Origin: Candidatus Poribacteria bacterium | GTDB taxonomy: Bacteria > Poribacteria > WGA-4E > WGA-3G | Assembly: GCA_963422705.1 (NCBI GenBank) | Contig: OY730443.1 | Span: 2,697,327-2,761,326, forward strand | Direction of reading: 5' to 3' | Length of the DNA stretch: 64,000 nt | Shown: piece after piece, positions 57,450-64,000 of the stretch | Numbering within the stretch: the stretch's first letter is position 1 | Layout: each line of letters opens with the position of its first letter | The notes under the pieces: model-generated | Seen by the model: the letters and a program-made list of their open reading frames with translations, nothing else | The model's database searches: none | What the model was told of the DNA's origin: nothing | Position numbers and translations under genes: made by a program

Positions 57450-58412
57450 CTAACAACATGTCGCAGATGAGATTTTCTCTGCTGCTCTTAATTTTGCGCT
57501 CCGCGCACGTGGATTGTGTTGAATTTCAACTTCGGCGGGACGCACAGGACGTTTCGTCAGAATCTGTAGTGACGGATTATGTCTACAAATACAGATAGGT
57601 GCTTTGGGTGGACAAACACAGGCACGCGCACATCGCTGAAATTGGTGCTTTACTATCCTATCTTCAAGAGAATGGAACGTAATCACACACAACCGAGCGC
57701 CCGGCTTCAGCAGCTGTACCGCCGCATCTAAACCGGTAGCCAGGTTATCCAACTCGCTGTTAACATAAATTCGCAGTGCCTGGAAAACCCGCGTCGCAGG
57801 ATGAATTCTGCTGCCACCGGAACGGCGTTTGTGAGGTGGGAGCGAACCTTTGATGATTTCAGCGAGATGCCTCGTGGTTGTTATCGGCGCCTTCTGTCTC
57901 GCTTCAACGATACCCCCGGCAATCCGCTTCGCAAAACGTTCTTCCCCGTAGCACTTGAAAATATCTGTGAGTTCATCACGTCTGCTTTTGTTAACGACTT
58001 GGGCTGCCGAAAGCGACTGGCGAGAATTCATCCGCATATCCAACGGGCCTGCATCATAAAAACTAAACCCGCGGCTTGGCGTGCCCAATTGTAACGATGA
58101 TACGCCTAAATCCAATAAGACACCGTCCACACCGGAAACGGAATGCGCTTCCAGTAACGACGGAATCTGTGCGAAGTTGCCATGAATCAAGAAAAACCGT
58201 TTTTTGAAGGCATGCAACCGCTGCTCGGCAATGGCTAACGCCGTCTCATCGATATCAATACCGATGAGACGGCCGTTCGGCGCGGATTTTTCTAAAATCG
58301 CAGCAGTATGCCCACCCAAACCCACAGTAGCATCTACGTAAATGCCACCAGACTCCGGGTGAAGAATCTCAAGTACCTCCTCCCGTAAAACCGGGATGTG
58401 TTGTATCTCCAT
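57450..58412 (-). CDS. rsmH: 16S rRNA m4C1402 methyltransferase
   Basis: HIPVL, DATVGLGGH, DLGVSS, PLDMRM, FQALRI, FHSLEDR, NPRARSAKLR. Confidence 0.95.
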   Translation of the reverse strand: MEIQHIPVLREEVLEILHPESGGIYVDATVGLGGHTAAILEKSAPNGRLIGIDIDETALAIAEQRLHAFKKRFFLIHGNFAQIPSLLEAHSVSGVDGVLLDLGVSSLQLGTPSRGFSFYDAGPLDMRMNSRQSLSAAQVVNKSRRDELTDIFKCYGEERFAKRIAGGIVEARQKAPITTTRHLAEIIKGSLPPHKRRSGGSRIHPATRVFQALRIYVNSELDNLATGLDAAVQLLKPGARLCVITFHSLEDRIVKHQFQRCARACVCPPKAPICICRHNPSLQILTKRPVRPAEVEIQHNPRARSAKLRAAEKISSATCC

Positions 58413-58915
58413 TGTCTTATCCCCTATCAGCATAATATAGCAAGAAGTATGCCAATCTTAGGCACCAATCTGATTTTGATAGATAGCCACCCAATTCCAT
58501 CGTTTTAATCCCATCAGTGAAAGATGATGTCAATCCCTTAGGACTCACAAAAATGCGGAAACTTGACAGAGACAACGCTATGATTTGACGGAGCGGTTTC
58601 GGCATCCACACGAAAAAACCGCCAGTATCTACGAGAAAATCAAAAGGCTCCTTGATATTCTCTCGACTGCGGAAACACCGTCAAGGTTTATCGCAGATGT
58701 TCAGACGTGGATAGACAGTATCGATGACTTGAAAGCACGCGATAAGAAAATAGAAAAACACCCCGTGGGTGTGGTGTTTTTCAAAACGCCCGAAAACGCA
58801 GAACACGATGGGTTTCCCTTTCAGGAATATTTCTGACACGCTATCACACTTTTTGTTTACAATTAACCATAAAGCTTAAAAAAGTAAATAAAAAAGTGTA
58901 TAATTAAGAACAGTC

Positions 58916-58944
58916 TTGAATTTCAGACGGAATTCATGTATACT
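58916..58944 (+). promoter_or_regulatory. sigma70-type promoter
   Basis: TTGAAT-17bp-TATACT in an AT-rich region. Confidence 0.55.
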
Positions 58945-59115
58945 TTTTGGATGAGGTAAAAAATCTAAAGTTTTTCAAGTCAATCAACGACTTTCTGAAA
59001 AAATGCTAAAGTTTTCACAACTATACGCATATTATAGAGGGAGATTCATTCGTGGCAACACCGCTATATGCATCTTCCTGGTTTCATAGGCGTTAACGAA
59101 GAAAGGAGACATCTT

Positions 59116-59886
59116 ATGTCACGGCAAAAAATGATAGCTTTTATCCTCGTGCTAACCCTCGCAGTCGTTGGGGTCCTGATTTCCACGCGAACGCCACCGG
59201 CGACGGTGAAAATCTACAAGACGACAACACCGCTACCCCAGTCAACCGACATCGGCGAGCAAACACCGGCGAGCACACCCCCCGTGTTCGTCGATGACAC
59301 GGCACTCACGTCGAAAACATCCGATACGGCTTCCGAAAACGGGAGCGATGCTGCAACACCAGAGACACAATCCGTTGATGCGTTAGAACCCCTTGATGCC
59401 TTCAGTGATGTTCCGGGTGAAATAGAAGTCAATGATGCATCAGAAAACGATGACGCATTCGCACGTTCGCCTTTCGGTTTTGGCGACTTTCCAGAGATCC
59501 CGAGTGATTTTCCTAGGCAAGATGTTTGGACGTACTATTGGAAACTCTACGATGTAGATTCAGCGGCTGCGAAAAAGTATGAACTCATCAATCGGGTGGT
59601 CATAAACCTCTGGAAGGAAGGCAGTCGCGCCCGAGGTGGTGTTCTCGAGAACGGCAAAGTCTATCCGCTCGATGACAATACCGCCTATATTACATGGAGC
59701 ACGGCTGAAAGTCCGGACGGTTCCGAGGTAAGACGCTATATCTCTAACGTCACAACAACGCCCGCTATAGGGCACCAGTATCGAGACAGCCACTTCAGAA
59801 AAGGACGGCTACCCCCCGGTGTCCGTGTCATAGAACACGCCGAGGGTGGCTATAACCCCTATGATTTTGTCAATCAGAATCCATAA
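59116..59886 (+). CDS. Membrane-anchored hypothetical protein (cassette gene A-type)
   Basis: RBS aaggag; N-terminal TM, T/P/S/D-rich linker, SPFGFGDFPEIP domain. Confidence 0.8.
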   Translation: MSRQKMIAFILVLTLAVVGVLISTRTPPATVKIYKTTTPLPQSTDIGEQTPASTPPVFVDDTALTSKTSDTASENGSDAATPETQSVDALEPLDAFSDVPGEIEVNDASENDDAFARSPFGFGDFPEIPSDFPRQDVWTYYWKLYDVDSAAAKKYELINRVVINLWKEGSRARGGVLENGKVYPLDDNTAYITWSTAESPDGSEVRRYISNVTTTPAIGHQYRDSHFRKGRLPPGVRVIEHAEGGYNPYDFVNQNP

Positions 59887-59899
59887 GGAGATCAAAAAT

Positions 59900-60112
59900 T
59901 TGCGCATCAGACACAGACTCGAAAAGCCCCTCACGCTGATGATTGTCCTTATTCTCACGGGTATTACCCTCTTTGCTATCCACAAGGCGCTCGCTGAGAT
60001 AGACGGACCCGATGTAGACGGCCCCCTACGTGCCTATGTCAAACGCAGCGTCAACGGCGCATGGATGAACGGGTATACAGAAGCTGAATGCACGGAATAT
60101 GGCGTGTATTAA
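59900..60112 (+). pseudogene. Short, probably truncated secreted protein (cassette gene B-type)
   Basis: RBS taaggag + TTG; signal peptide ending ALA; stops after ~70 codons where it meets the convergent gene. Confidence 0.55.
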
Positions 60113-60119
60113 AAACGCC

Positions 60120-60938
60120 TTATTGGTTATTATTGAAAAATTGACGTTCATAAAACTCAAAGAGGTGCTCAATGCCCATGAGTTGGTAAAGTTCTCGGGT
60201 GGCCTCCTCTTTATGTGGAATTCCATCCTCAGGAGAAAATGAGTTGCCATAAGTCGCATAGGAATAAGGGCGTGCAGGAAGTACTCCTTGGTAGTTGTAA
60301 ACCAGTTTCTGCATCACTGCCAAAAGCGATTCCGTTTTGAGGGTGTCGCCAGCATCTTCTGCACTACGATATTCCGCTTGTAATTGCTGATACTGCTGCA
60401 ATACATTGGGGGGTGGGGCGAAGCCGATTCGGGTTTCATAGTCTGTCAGCAAGGCTTTATTCTCGTAGTGTCTGCGGATCCTGCCCTTCTTGTCGTAAAT
60501 GTGCCTATATTCCCCGTTTCGAGATGGCTCGTCTCCCCATTTCGCTCGGTAGGCTTCATTCCATATCCGAGTCCTTTCTTCCTGAGAAAGTTCATCCCAG
60601 TTTATAGGTACCTTGTATTCTCCGGTATCCGTCACGGCAGGCACCGGTGGAACAGGTTTCAAGTCGTCTACAAAGAGGGGCTGTTCCACCGGCGTGGACT
60701 CCCCGTGCCCCGTCCCGTCGCCGTGTGAGTGTCCACCCTGTCCTGTCTTCTCAACAGATGCTTTTTCTCCCTGCTTTTGGGCCGCTTCCCTTTTATTGAT
60801 TTGTTCTGTGGTGCGCTCAACCTCCTGCTGCGTCTGCTTATCGATGTGGTGCATATAGAGAAAGCAGCCTGTCACAAAAAGGATAAAGACACCAAGCGTG
60901 CTCATAAAGAAACGCTTGGTAAACAAATATTTCAACAT
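60120..60938 (-). CDS. Cassette gene A copy 3 (shared N-terminus, unique C-terminal domain)
   Basis: RBS aaggag; MLKYLFTKRFF-TM-coil-GGHSHGD, then a C-terminus unrelated to copies 1 and 2. Confidence 0.8.
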   Translation of the reverse strand: MLKYLFTKRFFMSTLGVFILFVTGCFLYMHHIDKQTQQEVERTTEQINKREAAQKQGEKASVEKTGQGGHSHGDGTGHGESTPVEQPLFVDDLKPVPPVPAVTDTGEYKVPINWDELSQEERTRIWNEAYRAKWGDEPSRNGEYRHIYDKKGRIRRHYENKALLTDYETRIGFAPPPNVLQQYQQLQAEYRSAEDAGDTLKTESLLAVMQKLVYNYQGVLPARPYSYATYGNSFSPEDGIPHKEEATRELYQLMGIEHLFEFYERQFFNNNQ

Positions 60939-61040
60939 TGTAAACGCTCCTTTATTGAGTTCGACACATGGCTGTGTCCGGTTGTATATAACTTCTGGGG
61001 GAATTGCCGGCACGCAGATGAAAAGAAATGTTTGCTTTTC

Positions 61041-61221
61041 CATTGTCTAACGCGCCTTCGGCATTACGATACTCGTCTTTCTTTTTATCAAGCTCTTTTG
61101 CTGTGATGCCTTGTGCAGCTGCAGTGAGCGGGAGTAAAGACAGGGCAAAAATACAAACAAAAATAACCCAAGTGATTGCGCGGATTTTTGAGATAGCGTA
61201 ACTCTTATTGAATTTTATCAT
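61041..61221 (-). pseudogene. Cassette gene B copy 2, truncated after ~60 codons
   Basis: Near-identical to the start of the 62874 gene, then joined to the upstream region of gene A copy 3. Confidence 0.8.
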
Positions 61222-61227
61222 CGGTGT

Positions 61228-61842
61228 TTACCTCGGCCTCCCCCCGAGTTGGCGACTTCGTTCGTTTAAGAGCCGAAACCTTTCTTGTGACGCTTTCACT
61301 TTTTTCTGATACTTTTCCCACCATAAATCGCCGGCTTTTTCATACTCCTCAAGGGAGTGCCATTTTCCAGCGCTCCCTGGTGGCTTCGGAAAAAGTGCAA
61401 GTTTGCCATCATGTTTCCGGGCGATTCCCCAGTCGTCACGAGGTAGGTTTTCCCATTCAACGATTTGCTGCGCGTATTCCTCAAAGGTAATAAAACCGAG
61501 GGGACTGCTCTGCCAGACATTCTGCATATCTTTTGTTAGGGTTTCCGTCGCGAGAGTGGAAGTATCTGGTGGGTTGCTTACCTGTGTGGTGGGTGGCTCA
61601 TGCGGTTCGGCATGCCTTTCGTCGCCGTGCGAGTGTCCACCCTGCGCCGTCTCCTCAACAGGTGCTTTTTCTGCGTGCTTTTGAGCCGCTTCCCATTGCT
61701 TGATTTGTTCTGTGATGCGCTCAATCTCCTGCTGCGTCTGCTTATCGACGTGCCGCATATAGAGGAGGCAGCCTGTCACAAAAAGGATAAAGACACCAAG
61801 CGTGCTCATAAAGAACCGCTTGGTAAACAAATATTTCAACAT
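61228..61842 (-). CDS. Cassette gene A copy 2
   Basis: MLKYLFTKRFF-TM-coil-GGHSHGD...SSPLGFITFEEY; RBS aaggag. Confidence 0.8.
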   Translation of the reverse strand: MLKYLFTKRFFMSTLGVFILFVTGCLLYMRHVDKQTQQEIERITEQIKQWEAAQKHAEKAPVEETAQGGHSHGDERHAEPHEPPTTQVSNPPDTSTLATETLTKDMQNVWQSSPLGFITFEEYAQQIVEWENLPRDDWGIARKHDGKLALFPKPPGSAGKWHSLEEYEKAGDLWWEKYQKKVKASQERFRLLNERSRQLGGRPR

Positions 61843-62103
61843 TGTAAACGCTCCTTTATTGAGTTCGACACATGGCTGTGTCCGGTTGTATACAACTTCT
61901 GGGGAATTGCCGGCCGTCACGCAGATGAAAAGAAATGTTTGCTTTTAATCAACGTCAAAAACATTATCGAAAAAAATACACTTTTTGTCACGTCAAAAAT
62001 TTAACAATCCGCGGTGTGCGATAGGAAACGCTGTAGTAAGGAAAACGCGGAGCAAATATAAGAAGCAACGGGCGCCTTAGTCACCCGCGGTACAGCATGC
62101 GTT

Positions 62104-62360
62104 GTGGGCATCCATGACTACAGGGGTTGGCAAGAAGAGCGACCTATTCTGATTGTAGAGGGTATCATGGACGCTATCCTTGCTTGGCAGGAGTTATCGG
62201 AGAGTTACGCTGTGCTCTCACCCGTCACCGCGCGTATGAACGCGACAGACATCGCTAAGATCGCAGAACTGCTCTCTCAACGCAAGCAGACGGTGATTTG
62301 ATTATAATGACACGGAGAATAGCACTGTAGGGCATAAGGGGGCGTTGTCGACGATGCTTG
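62104..62360 (+). pseudogene. TOPRIM (primase-like) fragment
   Basis: ILIVEGIMDAILA motif; shifted-frame continuation NDTENSTVGHKGA resembles the second TOPRIM motif. Confidence 0.55.
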
Positions 62361-62874
62361 ACGGTACATCATTGCGTGCTTTGACTAACCCGCTGTTTTC
62401 ATCGCCAATCTCACTCTGTTTAGAGTTTACCGCGCTGATGGCAATCGTTAACAACGCATCCAACGTGATTTGCTCTCGAATATCAAATGCTGTGAGACTC
62501 GCACTTGTTATTGCAGTGCTGAGTGCGCTCACCAATCCATCGGGGGCGATTGGAAAAAGGAGTATCATGGTTGCCAGCGACACAAGGTTACCCGCCGCTG
62601 TAATGCCTGCATCGCGTAACTCTTCGCGGTTGTCATCCCAAGCGTTTTTTGTGACATCGCGTGTTCTTGCCAGAGACCCCAGATGGTCGACTGCATTGCC
62701 TAACGCGCCTTCGGCATTACGATACTCGTCTTTCTTTTTATCAAGCTCTTTTGCTGTGATGCCTTGTGCAGCTGCAGTGAGCGGGAGTAAAGACAGGGCA
62801 AAAATACAAACACAAATAACCCAAGTGATTGCGCGGATGTTTGCGATAGCGTAACTCTTATTGAATTTTATCAT
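62302..62874 (-). CDS. Cassette gene B copy 1: secreted helical protein, probably 3'-truncated
   Basis: Signal peptide ending AAA, coiled coil, hydrophobic stretch, coiled coil; last ~20 codons are antisense to the TOPRIM relic. Confidence 0.7.
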   Translation of the reverse strand: MIKFNKSYAIANIRAITWVICVCIFALSLLPLTAAAQGITAKELDKKKDEYRNAEGALGNAVDHLGSLARTRDVTKNAWDDNREELRDAGITAAGNLVSLATMILLFPIAPDGLVSALSTAITSASLTAFDIREQITLDALLTIAISAVNSKQSEIGDENSGLVKARNDVPSSIVDNAPLCPTVLFSVSL

Positions 62875-62880
62875 CGGTGT

Positions 62881-63495
62881 TTACCTCGGCCTCCCCCCGA
62901 GTTGGCGACTTCGTTCGTTTAAGAGCCGAAACGATTCTTGTGACGCTTTCACTTTTTTCTGATACTTTTCCCACCATAAATCGCCGGCTTTTTCATACTC
63001 CTCCCGGGAGTGCCATTTTCCAGCGCTCCCTGGTGGCTTCGGAAAAAGTGCAAGTTTGCCATCATGTTTCCGTACGATTCCCCAGTCGTCACGAGGTAGG
63101 TTTTCCCATTCAACGATTTGCTGCGCGTATTCCTCAAAGGTAATAAAACCGAGGGGACTGCTCTGCAAGAAATCCTGCATACCTTCTGTTAGGGTTTCTG
63201 TCGCGAGAGTGAAAGTATTTGGTGGGTTGCTTACATGTGTGGTGGGTGGCTCATGCGGTTCGGCATGCCTTTCGTCGCCGTGCGAGTGTCCACCCTGCGC
63301 CGTCTCCTCAACAGATGCTTTTTCTCCCTGCTTTTGGGCCGCTTCCCTTTTATTGATTTGTTCTGTGGTGCGCTCAACCTCCTGCTGCGTCTGCTTATCG
63401 ATGTGGTGCATATAGAGAAAGCAGCCTGTCACAAAAAGGATAAAGACACCAAGCGTGCTCATAAAGAAACGCTTGGTAAACAAATATTTCAACAT
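62881..63495 (-). CDS. Cassette gene A copy 1
   Basis: Same architecture and RBS as copies 2 and 3. Confidence 0.8.
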   Translation of the reverse strand: MLKYLFTKRFFMSTLGVFILFVTGCFLYMHHIDKQTQQEVERTTEQINKREAAQKQGEKASVEETAQGGHSHGDERHAEPHEPPTTHVSNPPNTFTLATETLTEGMQDFLQSSPLGFITFEEYAQQIVEWENLPRDDWGIVRKHDGKLALFPKPPGSAGKWHSREEYEKAGDLWWEKYQKKVKASQESFRLLNERSRQLGGRPR

Positions 63496-63717
63496 TGTAA
63501 ACGCTCCTTTATTGAGTTCGACACATGGCTGTGTCCGGTTGTATACAACTTCTGGGGAAATTGCCGGCACGCAGATGAAAAGAAATGTTTGCTTTTCAGA
63601 GAGAAAGCAAAGGCCGGGTGAGGCAATACGTCTCAAAGCCTATAATCAACGTCAAGGACATGATAAAAAAAAATACACTTTTTGTCACGTCAACAATTTA
63701 ACAATCCGCGGTGTGCG

Positions 63718-63777
63718 GTAGTGAACACTATTTGCCATTCCGCCTGCTCGGATTAAGGCGACATTAATCGGTTTCAT
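63718..63777 (-). pseudogene. 5' remnant of a Gfo/Idh/MocA-type oxidoreductase
   Basis: RBS ggagg + MKPINVALIRAGGMANSVHY (degenerate Rossmann GxGxxA), cut at the cassette boundary. Confidence 0.65.
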
Positions 63778-63965
63778 GTCGTACGCCTCCTAAAATCATT
63801 TTGATTGCATGTTACAAGCGGGCATGTTACAATACAAGCCGTGTCTCTAATTTGTCCTTCCCTAACGGGAACGGGCGGATGAAGCAGTTTGAGTCGACAG
63901 CCGTTTCGCGCTAGAACGGCTCGCTTCCCCGGGCAAGCAATCATCAATGCTAAGCATTTTATCTT

Positions 63966-64000
63966 GTCAAGGCACCCACTGCCTAAAGGCAGGGGCTTGT
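63966..64000 (+). mobile_element. Probable start of an IscB-type (IS200/IS605 superfamily) element / omegaRNA
   Basis: GTCAA.gcacccactgcc-TAAA-ggcaggggCTTGT resembles the 5' hairpin of IscB/HEARO omegaRNAs; truncated by the window edge. Confidence 0.55.

Larger units (their letters stand above)
61041..63717. repeat. ~1-kb direct repeat (61041-62020 vs 62694-63717) plus a partial third copy (~60730-61040)
   Basis: Long near-identical tracts covering the upstream region, gene A and the start of gene B. Confidence 0.92.

Noticed and set aside
58585-58836. 83-aa ORF upstream of the cassette array
   Set aside because: TTG start with no RBS and no recognisable motif; possibly a fragment.
61960-63680. 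Phase-variable poly-A tract in the cassette promoters (A7 vs A9)
   Set aside because: The segments are the same length; the difference is substitution, not slippage.
59000-63800. Diversity-generating retroelement or integron explanation for the repeats
   Set aside because: No reverse transcriptase or integrase, differences are not adenine-specific, and no attC-like sites were recognised.

Overview
Bacterial chromosome segment, probably Candidatus Poribacteria or a relative. This is inferred from a LamG protein ending GGKLGTTWGEIK, internalin-like LRR/dockerin relics and two PhyH dioxygenases. From left to right: the 5' part of a Type ISP restriction-modification enzyme (missing from the ORF track, runs off the left edge); sugar and membrane genes; two tandem, diverged dnaN (beta-clamp) genes with no dnaA nearby; nadC; an orphan tnpB with a right-end omegaRNA and a structured leader; an ~830-bp modular non-coding repeat array upstream of a mannose-6-P-isomerase-like gene; a glycogen cluster (GH13_8-type glgB, GT3-like synthase, glgP, glgC) with hisB inserted; exported proteins; dtd; LRR and mtnA relics; a dcw cluster (rsmH-ftsL-ftsI-murE-hydrolase-membrane murF-ddl-mraY-murD-ftsW-murG-murC-ftsQ-ftsA) lacking mraZ, murB and ftsZ; and a recombining array of two-gene cassettes for exported proteins, ending at a probable IscB-type element end. 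Best leads: the dnaN pair with different peptide-pocket residues, the 59-63.8 kb cassette array, the 19 kb repeat array, the tnpB leader pseudoknot, and the hydrolase/membrane-MurF/Ddl module. All calls come from reading the sequence by eye; no database searches were run.
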